Source: Podarcis filfolensis
Taxonomy: Eukaryota
Reading direction: 5' to 3' (one strand)
DNA length: 64,000 nt
Assembly: GCA_964270895.1 (NCBI GenBank)
Contig: OZ185437.1
Part shown: piece by piece, positions 34,811-48,751 of the stretch
How the letters are laid out: each line of letters begins with the position of its first letter
Numbering within the stretch: the first letter of the stretch is position 1
Notes under the pieces: model-generated
Databases searched by the model: none
What the model saw: the letters and a program-made list of their open reading frames with translations, nothing else
What the model was told of the DNA's origin: nothing
Made by a program: the position numbers and the translations under genes

Positions 34811-37800
34811 ATTAGAGTAATAATTGATGTTAGTCAGACATCTGAGAGTTTTTTTATTTTATTTGGGAAGACCATAGCCATTTGCTTGGCTTACAAAATA
34901 CTGCAGCAGTAAATGTGGAAAAACAAGTAGTAACTTGTATTTACTAATAGAGTAATCTGTATCTATCCTTTTTAAAATATATATTTTAATGAATATTTCT
35001 GGAAGAACCTAAAGTAGGGTGCTATATTTTCAAATTATCCTCTGCCTATGCCGATCTGGCATACAGTATTGTTTTTCTTGTAAAGGTAGCATGTGTCTTA
35101 ACCTGATGACTACTATCCCAGCAAACCTGCTAACTTATAGACATGTTTAGGGTGCAGTTCTGAGAGCACTGTATTCAGGCAACAAGTCAGTTGTTTTTCA
35201 CAGAAATTGGTTCTTTCTCTACTATTTTCCATTGTGTACACAACTGTAATAGTCCACAACCAGGTGAGAATCCAATTCTACACATCTTTGTTCAGAAGTG
35301 AATGATAATGAATGTAATAAATAAACCCTACTTAACAAGTAAATGTTCATGATTGGAGCCTTATAATGCCAGCCACGTCATTATCATTGGTGGTTGTCAT
35401 TGCCTGCATTTAACACCCAAGTGTGCCAACAACTGTTTTAAGAATGTCCTACCTGCCTAATTCCTTTCTTAATTGGGAATTAAATATCATATTAAAAGGT
35501 CAGAGATGGAAATATTATGCTAATTTACAATGTTATATCCAATGGTCTTTTAAAGCAGACATTGACATTCCACAATTGCTCACACAAACAACATCAAACG
35601 TTGTAGGTTGTATATGGTAACTGAGAAAGTTAATTCATCTGAAATAGATGTGAGTTACACAGTACTCATCTTCAGAGTGGACCTTTCATCTCATTCCAGG
35701 ATAAATGATGCACAGTTCTATTCCACTGTAAAATTCTGGAACATTGTAATCAAGGCCATTTGCTGTGGCTGCCAGTATTACGTAGTATCATCACACTATG
35801 CATTCATTTGGCAAAATTGCAGTCAATTGACATTTAAAATTCAGCGCTGTTCACTTTTGTGGTTCTGCTTCCAATGTGTTCAGTCCTCCAGTTGCGTTTT
35901 TTCTTGGCATCCCCTGCCTTCTGAAGAATCCTTGGTAGATTGCTATCTGTAAGAATAGTAAGCAACAGCAGACGTAGTAAGCAATTGTTTGGCTGAGGGC
36001 CATGATGTCTGTCAGCTGCACTTTGATCAAATATGATGTGATTGAACTGCCTTTCATTTCTTTAGATAGAACACATCTCAAAACTTTACATATATACTGA
36101 ACAGCAGCTGATACTATAATGGACAGACAAGAGATAAGTTCCAAAGAAAACAGTGAAATTTAATTTACTGAATAACACAATTTTCATGTTCCTTAGTTTG
36201 ATTAAGGAGGCTGTAATGTAGACAGTAAGATATTCCTTAATTACATTTTTCTCTAATAGTGTTTGGGCTTTATAATTGGAAATAATAATTTACAGTGAAT
36301 GTAAAAAAACTAAATATTTTAAATAGACACTATAATATTTCACAGTGGTATACCCTTATTTTAAAACATTTCCAACATCTAATAATTTAAATTTTTATAC
36401 CTTGCTTTTCTTTTTAGATTAAATTCAAAGCAGCTTACAAAAAATAATATAATACATAAACCATAATACAATAAACACAACATATGATTCCAATTACAAT
36501 GATAGTCCATTTTGCAGTATTTGACAGAAATAGCTTTAGGTGATAGACACAAAACATTATTTTGGACTAAAGGTAACTCTGATATATTACAAAGTTCTGC
36601 AAGAAGCAGTGAGCAAAACCAAAGAGCTAGCAGACTAAAAGTGAAACCGTAATGTAGAACAGCCCTATTAATGGGCAAACCCATCTCTGATCCATGCATG
36701 TCATAACCTGCATGATGTAAAACAAGGCAAGGAGGCACTAGTTGGCTCCAACCGTACCAGAAGGTCTAAATAGCTAATCACTGCCGCCTACCTGATTGGC
36801 CAGTATGCCCCATGTGGCAGGGAATGAATGCTCTTATGTTCCATAGTCATGTGTCTCTAGCCTGACTTCAACCAGATCAGAATAAATCCATCTCCCTCTT
36901 GAGTACAGAGGGATGGCATTTTAAAGCTTCACAGCATGCAACATCAGGATAATATTTTGCCTTTAGTATGTGTGAAAAAAGTGACCTATAGAAATTATTT
37001 GAAATCTTAACTTCCTGCTCCACCAGAATAAAACCTCTGCTTCTGTTGCTAACATTGCTGTGGTTATCAGTGGCAAAAAGTTTTAAAAGAAAATAAATCA
37101 GAAAGGGGAAACCACTCGGGAGCTACTAGGAGTTATTCTGCGAGCAGAAAAATGTATAAAAAATTAAAAAGAGAAGACCTGGTGAGGCTGTTATCCTTAA
37201 TGGAGGCCCTAAGCTCTTCTTATCAAGATTACACCTTGAAGTAATATTGTTTGGCCATCTCATTGAATTAGTTATTATACAGTCCCTAAGTTTAGTTTCT
37301 GTCTTATTCTCTCCCACCCCTTCATAGATCTGAAGAGTTCTGTGAATCACAGTCTCTGCCTGGCTTCTTTCCCCAGAGTCCAGGATACTTATTTCTTTTC
37401 TTTAGCTTTCCTGCTCCAGGGTGGTGAAACTTCCAGATGTTGACCTCTGCAAGCTGTGGAGCTTCCAAAGTATAGGGCTGTTGCTTCCCTCTCCCTATTT
37501 GCCTTATCCTTTGTCTACTGATTAGGGTGGCACTGATGCACCCATTCCTGTCTTGTCACTATGCCAGCTAATTTCCAGACCAACTGTGCTTATACTTGAC
37601 TGAAGATTGGAGCTACATGTCAACAGTTTAGGATAGGCATTGCATTCATGGTGTCCAAGCCTTCAGTGTAGTATTTCATAATATATATACAAAAGGAGTC
37701 AACAACTGGCTGCCCTTGGGTTATATTTTCCCTGCGAGGTGCTGCTTGTCCACCAGTTGCTTCCACAAAAGTAGAGGAGGGAAGATATGAAGGGAGTGGC

Positions 37801-37876
37801 AGCTGTGGCAACTAGCCTTCCAAGAATCCCACTTGGCTAGTACAAAGTATGTATCATCCCCTTCCTCCTCTCAAAA

Positions 37877-37996
37877 TGACTTTTCAGCAGAACTGGTTAT
37901 TAAACAGGGTTATTCTCTGTAGAATAATTTTATTATCTGTTATTCTCTGTTATTCTCTGACTTTTCAGCAGAACTGGTTATTGAACAGGGTTATTC
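37877..37996. repeat. 39-bp direct duplication separated by a 42-bp templated spacer
   Basis: TGACTTTTCAGCAGAACTGGTTATT(A/G)AACAGGGTTATTC at 37877-37915 and 37958-37996, 1 mismatch. Confidence 0.95.
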
Positions 37997-40900
37997 AACA
38001 TAGCCATTGCATCTGGAGTGGAAATAAAATGTTTCAAGATGCTAAGTTTTGAAAAAGAAAAAAAATCCAGTCCAGCAATGGTAACCTTGTGACAAACTGC
38101 CACTTTTATTTACCCTTCCCAAATGGTGTGGAGTTCAATGAGCTGTAGAGTATGGTTACCATGTGTATGTTCATCATTCACTGCCTATCGCATAAAGTGA
38201 TGACTTGCATGGGTGAATGAGCTATCAAAGATCAATCACCACAGACAGGATTTCCATTATCAGCCAGTGTTTCCACCTCAAATAATTACGTCTTGAGTTG
38301 ATATTTGACACATTCGACAGGGCGCTATCAAGGGTTCAGCAGTAATCAAGTGATCTTGATTTAACTTCTTAGGCACAATATTTGACTTCTACATTATGAA
38401 AGCATTGCTTTGGTATTTGCTTATATAAGATTAATTTTATGGCAGCATTCTGAGCAGGAAATTTGCAACAAAGCATGAGCATGTGAGCATATGGTACATA
38501 GCAGAAGATCAAAAGCTTGTTTTGTGGAGGTAAGCATGAGGGTTTTTGATATTAATGTTGGTAAATAAAATACTGAGTTCCTTCTAGCAAAATAAAAATA
38601 GACAGTTTATTTCTCATGACATGTCACTGAATGCTGAACCTCTTAATAGATTTTGCCAGCAAAGAATTCATTTAAATGCTTTCAGAGCAGGCTGCTCAGA
38701 GGTACAGCTGTGACAATGTATAATTATTATATTTTTAAAAGTTTAAAGAGAGAACAAGGGGAAATAAATTGTAACTCCTAAGGTAATTAACACTTTTATA
38801 CATACACAGTAAAATAGAAATTTCCTAATATTTTTTAAATTATTTGGTTTCTGTTGTGTTATAAGATCAATTGTTTCTTTGCAAAAGGAACTAGAATGTA
38901 TGAGAAGCTGCCTGACTCATGTAAATGAAGGCACAAAGAAGATGAAAGTTCACATGTATGATTAGTGAATGGCAACAGATAGACATATCCACCCACACCT
39001 GTGCTCAGTGGAACCCAATATGAAAAGCCTCTTAATCTGAAGGGACATGATAAAATGTGGCCCTGAACTGAAATATGAAGGCTATGGGCACACAGTAACA
39101 TAATTAAGGAGTCATAGTGCAGGATCCCCCCCCCAAAAAAAAACCCCGGCATCCACACCTTCCATGAGCTGTAACAAGATACTTACCTTTGGTCTGATGC
39201 AGCAGATCTCTTCTGATATTACAATACTGAGCAAGAACATGGAGAAAAATACATTTTACATTGTTGTTCATAACTTAATTGTAAGCTGTTTTGCATGCTT
39301 TGTATGTAGAAAAGCAACTAAAGAATTTTTAGATAAAGAAAAAAATACTTCAGGTGGATTTCTGACAAAATCTACTAATCAAACTGTCACTTTATCATAG
39401 GAACAGTGTGTAACACATTTTAGGCTGATATTTAGATCAATTGTGACATTCCATCCATGTTTTATTTATAGAATGTGTGTAAGAATTTAACCTCTCAGAG
39501 GTATTTAAAAAATTGCATACTTCTACATGACTTAGCTGAATTCTGGTATAATCTGATTCCTAGGCAAAATACAAAAATATTTGGGTTTTAGCTACTGTTA
39601 GTCCTACTCAGAGTAAACCCACTGAAATTAATAAGATTATTTTAGGTCCACTGAGGTCTGAATAAAATTTAGTTGGATACAAAGATGTAAACTTAGGACG
39701 CAAATTGCTTCAGAAAGGAAAAAAACATCACAGCACACGGCCAGCAAAATCAAACATATGATGGAATTTGGGACTCCAGAACTCTAGCTGACCCTGGAGA
39801 AAGGTTTGTGGGTGTGAGAGGGGAGAGACACACTTCTTTAGCCTATAGAATGAAAGGCTAAAAAAAAGAACTTTCAATAATTTCCCTAGTAGGGGTTTAG
39901 ATAAGGCATTTTTCTATTCATTTTATCCCTTTCATTTTTCTATTCTTTTTTCATGTGTGTGTGTTTAATATTTACAATATTTTAAATATTGTTAAGCACC
40001 TGGATTGTAGACAATATAAGCAGAAAACAGAGGGAATATAGATAAAAACTAGTTGATAGTACTTTTTAAATCTCTCTTTCTCTTTCTTTTTGGTCTGCCA
40101 CCAATAAACGCCTTTTCCTTTTTATATTGTTCTTCCTTTCTTGGAATATATATATTTTTACAATTGATGGTTGCTGATGAGACATTACATTCACCCAGCA
40201 CCCTTGTAAGCAGCTCTTATTTATGTAATTCTTTGAGGTCCAGCCAGTGTTCTTCTGTGTGAAACAAAATTTGACCCAGTAAAGCATCTACAATAATGCA
40301 TAGGTGAAAACAAATAAAGAGTATAAATGTCCTTTACACAAAGATATGCAGAAGCAAATCTGTAGAGAGGACAAATTTCCATTTAACAACAGTTTATTAT
40401 TAGCTCTATTGCTATGTATCATAGGGTACCTCAGTATATATATGCTAGTCCTTCAGTTTATCTGGGGACCTTATTCTTCTTAGACTACCTTGTTTGGCTT
40501 ATAAAGCCTTGCAATCTGTTGAGCATAGTGGCCTTGTCTCTTTCTGAGAGTCTCCCTGAGATGTGGCCTTCTGAACTTTCCAGGAGACTAGTTATTTGAT
40601 ACTAGTCTTCTTCAATGATTACTTTTCCAGGTTAGATGAAAGACAAAAACAATACTTTCAAACAGGAATAAAGCTCCAGGAATCCTGGTAACTGTAGCAT
40701 TGCATAGCAGAGACCTGTCCTATGTTGCAGTTGCTGTTACAATTGACAAAATAAAAGCAGGAAGGCTGGAGGAAGAAGGTGAAAAAACCTGCACAAAGAG
40801 ATGAAAGGACAGTTGGAGGGCTTTCCTGTTATTTGCCAAGGTGCCTGTTGAAAGAGAGAAAACTAACTGTGGTTCAAGGCCTAAGTTCTACTGAAGGGTT

Positions 40901-41121
40901 GAGCAAGAAGCATAGCTTCAAGGCTTGGGTAGAACTGTAGCTTCTGGGACACAGGCATATGAATGCTAAACCACACTGCTTTGCTTTTGGAAAGTGCTCC
41001 TTGCTATCTAGGACAAGCACAAAGTTGGTGACATTTTCTATTTCTTTTTATATTTTCTCATTTATTTCTTTTTTTTTTTTAGAAGCTACCCAGATCCTTA
41101 TTTAATATCCTTATGCCCAAC

Positions 41122-41266
41122 CAGTGGTGTAGCGGGGGTGCAGGGGGGGGCCGGCCGCACCGGGCGCAACATCTGGGGGTTAGGGTTAGGGGGCGCAAAT
41201 CCACGGGTTAGGGGGCGCAAATTACTTGCCTTGCCCCGGGTGCTGACAACCCACGCTACGCCACTG
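41122..41266. mobile_element. hAT-type (Tip100-like) MITE, 145 bp
   Basis: TIRs CAGTGGTGTAGCGGGGGT and ACCCACGCTACGCCACTG (16/18), a perfect 8-bp TSD TGCCCAAC (41114-41121, 41267-41274), and a CpG-rich interior. Confidence 0.92.
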
Positions 41267-44200
41267 TGCCCAACTGCACAAAAAACTTATTTCACACTGC
41301 AATTTTTTCTTTTTGACAGTGCACAAAAAGGCACTGCAGGTTAGAATAAACCCTGATACGGGCAGAATGGAAAGATGGCTGGAAGGGCTGATTTAGCAAA
41401 AAGCAATTCTTCAATAGCACCTCAAAGATTACCAAAAGTTTACATTTGACAATTCCATACAAATAATTACTTGTTTTCTCTGCCAATGTGAATTTTGCTG
41501 CTAGGTGGTCTGGAGAAGTTAGCAAATGTTTCACTTGCAGTGGCATGCTAGAAAGCAAATTCCATTTTCAGTCTTCAGAAGCATGTTTGGTAATCAGACA
41601 TAGAAATCTGACAACTTGCAGTTGCTTCTAGTGAGACAAAGAATGACTATAAATCGTTAACAGTCAGATACATGACCTTTCGGTGTTCCATGTTATTAAA
41701 CACAAACCTTTATTTTATAATTTTTTGATTTTCACTTTATGAAAGCAAAAGGATTCAGAATTATTATTCAGTTATTCTTATTTCATAAAACAAGAAAATG
41801 GACTTCATCACTTACCTTGCTGAAGAAGCATTCTGATAATTGTTTGTCCTATTTCCATCCCTATACCCACATCTCAAAAGGACTCAAATTGATTAGATTT
41901 TTATTTTTTAAAAAACCATCAATTTGCACTGCACAGTATAGTAATTTTTGGTGCATCTTTATGACATACTGGCATGTCCATTGCATTCATAAACACTGGA
42001 TATTCATGGTCTTTAAAATTAGTCTGAAATTAAATATAAATTTAATTGTACATTAGTTTTATGTTATGCAAGCAGTTAAACATGATTACTACTAAAAATA
42101 TATCTCACAGCTGTTCACAGACTACTTAAACAGAAGCACAATGGCATTTCAATTGGGCCAATTTTGTTTAAATCAATAGGAGTGTTTTCAGAGACAAGTT
42201 CAAAAATTTCATGTGGTATTATCCTGTTCACAATTCACGTATGCTGTTTCCCTGTCAAACTCTCTGGAAACTATACAGTACTAGGATCTGTCTGCCCCAT
42301 GTGAAAGCTCTACACCTATGTACAGCTACTACATGAGGGATAATAGTCTTCTCATTGACACTATAGCTTGCACAGATAAGAAGAATGGTGTGGTGGATGT
42401 TTTCAATTGAATGTCCTTCGCTGAATCTTTTGAAACAATGCAGTCCTATGCAAGACATCCTCAGGCATCTGTGAACATATGACTGTCCCCGTCATGAAAT
42501 GAAAGTCTACCTATTTAGATGTGCTCTGGACTGCAGTTTCTAGCTATCTATAATAATAAAAAAACCTTTTCAAAATAGGTTCTGCTCAAGATAGCGAAAG
42601 CAGATAACATCAGCTGTGCTGAGAGCTTTTTTTTCACTACACTGGAATAAAACATCAAAAACAGGTGGGAGAGAGCAGCCACATAGATAGAATGCATTAA
42701 ATTACACCTAGGTTTAATTTTACAGGGTGATTGGTTTCTTTCTCTGCTGATTACCATTTGGGTGTTCCATTGATGTACTATTTGTTTATTCATTGTTGAG
42801 CTGAAATTTTCTTAAACTTGATGTAGGATAAAAAGTACTAGTCTCATTTGGGAACAAAAAATGGGATAAGCTACCCAAAGATCACAAAGTCTAGAGAACT
42901 GCTCAACATGTGCTGTTTATTTTATTTCATAAACTTATATACCACTGGAGGTGGGGAACAACCTCAAAGCAGTTTACAAAAAGTTGTATGATATCACTTT
43001 GGGGGTGCTGGAAATATGTATATTGCAGTAGAAGCCAAAATTAAATTGACCATTTGAACTTTTCTGTGTAGTTTCAAGATTCATATTTTTAAATATCTAC
43101 TTTGCATGCATTCCACAAATAAGAAGAATGAAAAGGTTGTTTCCTTATATGACATCCTTCCTGACTTCCATGCAAAATTTGGACATTCTGACTTCTTTAG
43201 GAGATTAGCTGTAGGCAGCTGGGATAATAATCACATTTCCCCATCCGTTGCTTGAGACCCAGAAATGGATGTGGGAAGAATCCAGCTTTCTGTCTCTTTT
43301 TATCTAGTGTAACATGGACATATGAAGTGGCTTGAATTTCAGAAATTATTTGCTTTTTGATGTTGCATGGTTCTACAGCCATTCTGTGTCAAAACTTCTC
43401 AGGATCTGAGTGAGCATCTATTCCAACCATGTTTACTGTAGCTGCTAGGAAATAACTGTAACAATGTCTTTGATTTAATGCTAGAAATAAAACTTACCCT
43501 GATACTTGAAATTATAAGAGCTTACCAATACAGGAAAATGTTATCTTCAAAGAAAAATGTTCCCTGAATTTTATGACACTTCATAAGTGACATTGCCAAA
43601 AAAAAAGGGGGGGGGACATTGTCGTACCCTGTTATAAATTGCTGAAATATTATGAATTCCAGAGTGATTAATTAGTCTTTATTATGTGTAGGGGCACACA
43701 CACATACACACACACCCTGAGACTAAGATTTTGTGATGCTATTTCAAGTGCTAAACACTCATTTAATAATAAGTATCTAGAAATACAGCTAATTTAATAA
43801 AGTTCCTCATGTTATCATTAATTCCTTTGGCAGACCATTTCTTAAAAGTTATGGCAGCAATTACAAAACTACACAGCTCTTTAGAGCTTGGTCATAAGAG
43901 ACTAAGTTCCATCCCTTAAAATATGCAATTAATTTCAATTTTAATAAATTCAGTATTTTGTTCCTTTTGCAACAGAAGTGACTGTTGCAGAGAGGAATTA
44001 TGTTTTGGTGAAAATTGAAGTATGCTGATAGCTGCAGGATTGGGTTTTGTTCTGTTTGTTTGCTGAATTTTATTCAAATGCAATAAAGGAGTTTTCTGCT
44101 AACAGAACCACACAGCTGGAAACAACAATTCCATGAATCCATAACATGCATTATTTCTGTCTTATTGTCATTGCATGGACCCAATCCGGTAGCAGTTATT

Positions 44201-44269
44201 ACATGATCGGGCCTAGATGCTGGGTACAGAGAGAGAGGTGGGGTGGCATGATACTTTATCCTTTCATAT

Positions 44270-44549
44270 GCATACATACATCTAATAGAATGAATGCAAG
44301 CAATTTCTCTTAGTGGACTGCATTTTTGTGTGTTATTTTCACCAATGTATTCATTTCTATGCACAGTGTTACCTAATATATGCACTTTCAAAAGCATTGG
44401 TTGGGGAACTGCATTTCAAAATTTGCATAAATGCAAATTTTGAAGGATGGTTGTGTTTTAGAAAGTGTTAATTATTTTGGAGGGTGCAAATTCAATTGAT
44501 CCACCTTTAAAAGTGAATTGAATCAGATTTCTTTCCCATTCCCACTAGA
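44270..44549 (-). mobile_element. Degraded copy of the MITE-like repeat also seen at 25310-25592
   Basis: GCAATTTCTCTTA...TGCATTTTTGTGTGTTATTTTCAC...AAAATTTGCATAAATGCAAATTTTGAAGGATGG...TTCCCATTCCCACTAG terminus. Family recognised from memory only. Confidence 0.45.
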
Positions 44550-45614
44550 GGTCACATTGTCTATCCAAGCCATCTGGTATTTCTTTACAGAGCAATGTAA
44601 GATTCAGCCTGGCAGAATGGTTCTTGTGTTGCTCCAGTGGCCCATGAATTGGTTCTGTGACATGGAGCAATGCTACTCTGGAAGATCTCATCTATAATGA
44701 GGGCTCATATGGACTGTAATTCTATGTCTTAATAATACATCCCATTAGTAATCCCTTAAGCGACTATCATTTTATATTATAGACCTATTTTCTTTCGCTT
44801 GTATTCTTGCCGTGTCTTTAATGAGCTCCCATCCTTGGTTCTTCTTAATGAAGATTTGTAGGGAAAACCACAATATTTCCCATCAAGCTTATTTTCTTTA
44901 AGCACACATAGTTAATACCCTAGACACACAGGCTTCTTTACTTGACCTACTCTGTCTTGACACTGCATCACCCCTCAGCCCATCTCTTGTGCTCTTTCAG
45001 ATCCATTTTATCCTTAGCCAGGGGCAGACAGTGCAGTGCTTACTTGAATTTTTATCTCCAAGGCACTTTTCAATTTTTAACACATTTTCTTCCCACACAC
45101 AGTGGTGCAAAGGGAAGATGCATCAACCCTGGGTTGAAGTAGGAAGGAGAAAAACAGTGACAGAAACAGAGGGAGAGGAAAGCCATCTAAATTTAGATTG
45201 TGTGTAAAAATAGACTGCAGAAGTCTGAAAAGATTTTTTTCCCCTTTTAAGAGGAGGGATGGGCCATACACAACAGCATAAGATTCGGGAGAGGAGGAGA
45301 AGGAGTGGGAAGGGACCAGAAAAGCACAAACTGAAGAAAAGAACAGCCACTTAGCTGTCATATCTGTGGCCAATATGTGGTTATTGACAGAGATGAAAAG
45401 CAACTAGGTATTGCTACAAATGTTCTGGCTATTTTAAACTGGATTTCCAAACCAGACCTGTTCACCTTCACCTTTATCCAGAAGTCAGTCCCAGAATATA
45501 CAGTGGGGCTTAACATCCAAGTAAGTATGCAAAGGATTTCATTTTTCCAAAGCATACATAGGTTTTCACAGATGTAAATCCCTTTTAGTTAGATGCCTCC
45601 TTCTACTGGCTTTC

Positions 45615-45990
45615 ATTTCATTTTATTTTATTTTTATTAATCAGATTTGTGAGATGCCTCATAAAATATATTTTCTGATTGTCATGCAGAATAAAAGAAT
45701 AAAATATAAGAATAAAATCATATTATAATAAAACCACAATAAGCTTAATAGACAATCAGCATAAAAACTCAAATACAAAATGAGCATAATAAAATACCAT
45801 ATTTAGCACATAACATTAAATATGTAAATTAAAAACATTCCACCATACCACAGGGATTTAAAACCAGAACTTATAATTCTTAAACAGGAGCCAGGCAGGC
45901 TTCCTTAGGCATTCTATAGCTAGGGATTCACCACTGAAAAGGCCCGCTCTAAAATGGCTGCCCCCTGAGCTTCAGACTGAGGGACATAGG
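45615..45990 (-). mobile_element. Degraded L2-like LINE 3' fragment
   Basis: A TTTTATTTTTA tail, a long A-rich tract, then GGAGCCAGGCAGGCTTCC...CACCACTGAAAAGGCCC, typical of reverse-oriented L2 ORF2 ends. Confidence 0.55.
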
Positions 45991-48703
45991 ATACTAATCT
46001 TACCACTATGTTTTGTTGTCATTTGGACAAATGATTTTTGCCATAGTTTCATATCAGCCATTGTCCCCTTTCCTTCACCTTTTTGTTTTCTTATACACTC
46101 TATATGTACACAGTTCATGACTCTTGATAAATCCAGAAAGATATTTCAAGGTCTCTGTCCTTCCTTACTCCCTCCCTTCCTCAATGTTTTGCTTGTGGTT
46201 TGCTTGTTTTTAGACCACAGCAGGCATTTCTGCCTTTTTCAAATGCAAGCCCATCCAATGAACCAAGAGGGTGTGAGAATATGTACTGAGAATACACAAT
46301 GAGTTGCAAGGGGCAGCCTGATTCACAAATGCATGTACGCAGCATAATTTCTCCTTTCTTGATTATGCAGTGCTTGATAATTCTCAGTTGAGTATGTGAA
46401 CTGAATCCACTGACTAGCTGAATCCATGGACATTGTATCTAAAAGGAAAATGCTTTGAAAGTTCAGAATCTGCTATTTGTTCTGTGAGTCTAGTAAATTC
46501 TAAAGTCTAGTAAACTGGTCTAGTAAATTCATTCACACATACACGCTAACACTTGCTGTTGCAATAATTCAATACTGAATATGCAACCATAAATTTACTA
46601 TGAAAAACCAGAGAAACAAAGAACTGCTGTGGAGAGTGTATAGTCATACTGATTAAAGCTGCCCAGAATGGATGGGGCAACCCAGTCAGATGGGTGAAAT
46701 ATGAAGAATAAAAAGTAGTAGCAGTTGTTGTAACTATTACAACCTTTGGCATAAGCTGAACCAGGAAGATATGCTAACTGGTAGGACACTTAAACTCTTT
46801 CACACACGCACACACACCCCACATTGTATGCAGCAGCACCATGCTGCACTTTTCAAGTAAGTGAATTAGAAATACAATAAACCCTGAGGAAATGATGTTT
46901 GTCAATTCCTTTGTGTTATCAGCTGCTTTAGTGCAATTTACTTGCTTTCTCAAATGACTCAGTACGATAAGAACATGTATTGCTCAAGTAAAAGCTACAT
47001 GCAGATTAATGATAAGTAATAATTTGGTAGATGACCATCACATGTAATTTTAGTTTCTCAATAGCACAATCACTACATTACATGAAATCAAAGCTGATGG
47101 GTTTTAGTACTGCTAAAATTAAATGTGTGTTCTGCCTTGTGTAGCCAAAATGGTATCACACCCACATGAGATACCTTAATGCTTTGGGGGACCCAAAGGT
47201 TTGTGGAAGTACAAAAAAAAATTGCATGGGGGGGCAAGGGGGACTCATAGACTATAAAAAACATTCAAGCTAACTAACTGGAGCAGTGAACTGTAGCACT
47301 CCATACTGCAAAATTTTCTTGATGGTCCCACTTCCATTCTGTACATCACATTCTGAATACAGTGAGAGGGATTAATCATAGAAAGCATTATAATATGCTA
47401 CAATTTGCATAGCACATTGGCCAAGGGGACCAAATTCATTGACACTAATGCTCTCAGAAGAAGGGCAATACTTATCTATGCTCTTTCATAAAATTGCAGA
47501 GAAATTTATGTACTATTTATGCAAAGAGGCAGCCTTAGAAAAAGACCATCACGTTTTGAACCCTTCTTCGTAATTTGCTAAGATCAAAACTACAGATAAT
47601 ATGCATGTGTGAAACATATTTGATCCAAAATCACAGATTTGCCAAGTGCAAATTCAGATAACTCACTATGGTCATCAGTGGGGGACTTCCTTACAGTGTG
47701 ACTTGAACCAGAGGTTCACTCCATGTCTTATTGGCTGCTATCTTGTGGAACACACCACCCACTGAGATTAGAAAGACACCAAGATTGTGTTTATTCCCTT
47801 GAATGCCAACCTGCAGTCCACATTTATTTTTAGAGGTTTTCTCAGAAAGTTGAGCCTATTAACTGATAGCACTTGCTATTTTTTTAAGTACTGTATTTTA
47901 TTGGTTTTGTTTTATTGTTGCACCCAGCTGTCATATTATCTAAATGTTTAGCAGTTTATAACTATTTCTATTTTTATTTTATTTTTTGGGGGGGAAAGCT
48001 GCTCTACTTAGTTAAAATGAAATCACCAAGAACACCATTCAAAATAGTATTAATAAATAGAGAGATGAAGAAAACTGAGTGGGTTTATAATGAAGGATGA
48101 GGCTTTGATGACTTGAAGAAAAGGTATAGTTCCATCACCAAGGCCAGGAAAACTTGCATGTTCCCATAAAGGGATAATTACCGGTAGTTGCAATTCAGAT
48201 TGCATCTCTGTAAAAAGGGCAGTGAACTATTTCTTTGATACTTTGATTTTAGTGGGACAGAAGCCACTGTGTAGCAAATGTACTCGTCACAGTTTCAAAA
48301 CAACAGGTTAGATTAGTTTGGAGCCCATAACTGTCAACACAGCAGACATTTTTTGGGGGGGGGATAGAGAATTCAGATGGTGTAACTTCTATAGTTAGAT
48401 GTACATGAGATGCACTTCAAACCCTTCTTAAAACTGAAATATGCATTGGTGGCTGCTTTCAAAGGAGTGCAATACAAGGCTCCGCCTTGAGATTTGGAAA
48501 GCAATGCTGATATCAGAGAACTGCTTGATCAGAACATAACTCAGTGCCCGATTTGCTCACCAGCGTGCTCACCAACCGGTACAAGCAGAAGATCAGAGTC
48601 AATAACTGGGGACACTGAGCTAGGGAGAGGGAGGACACGGCTTGCCTGCCTGCCGGGGTGAGAAAGTCAGAGGACGTTTGAGTTTGTAAAGGGCTAGGGA
48701 AGA

Positions 48704-48704
<1 letters not shown>

Positions 48705-48748
<44 letters not shown>
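48705..48748. repeat. (TG)22 microsatellite
   Basis: Perfect dinucleotide run. Confidence 0.97.

Positions 48749-48751
<3 letters not shown>

Noticed and set aside
34257-34820. 187-aa ORF
   Set aside because: No domain resemblance, and it runs through an A-rich degraded L2-like tail. Most likely a chance ORF.
37877-37996. CRISPR-like repeat-spacer-repeat
   Set aside because: Only two repeats, the spacer derives from the repeat itself, there are no cas genes, and the context is a vertebrate intron.
44542-44555. CTCF-like CCACTAGAGGTCAC
   Set aside because: It has a mismatch at a highly conserved G and overlaps the terminus of a decayed repeat, so it cannot be supported without ChIP data.
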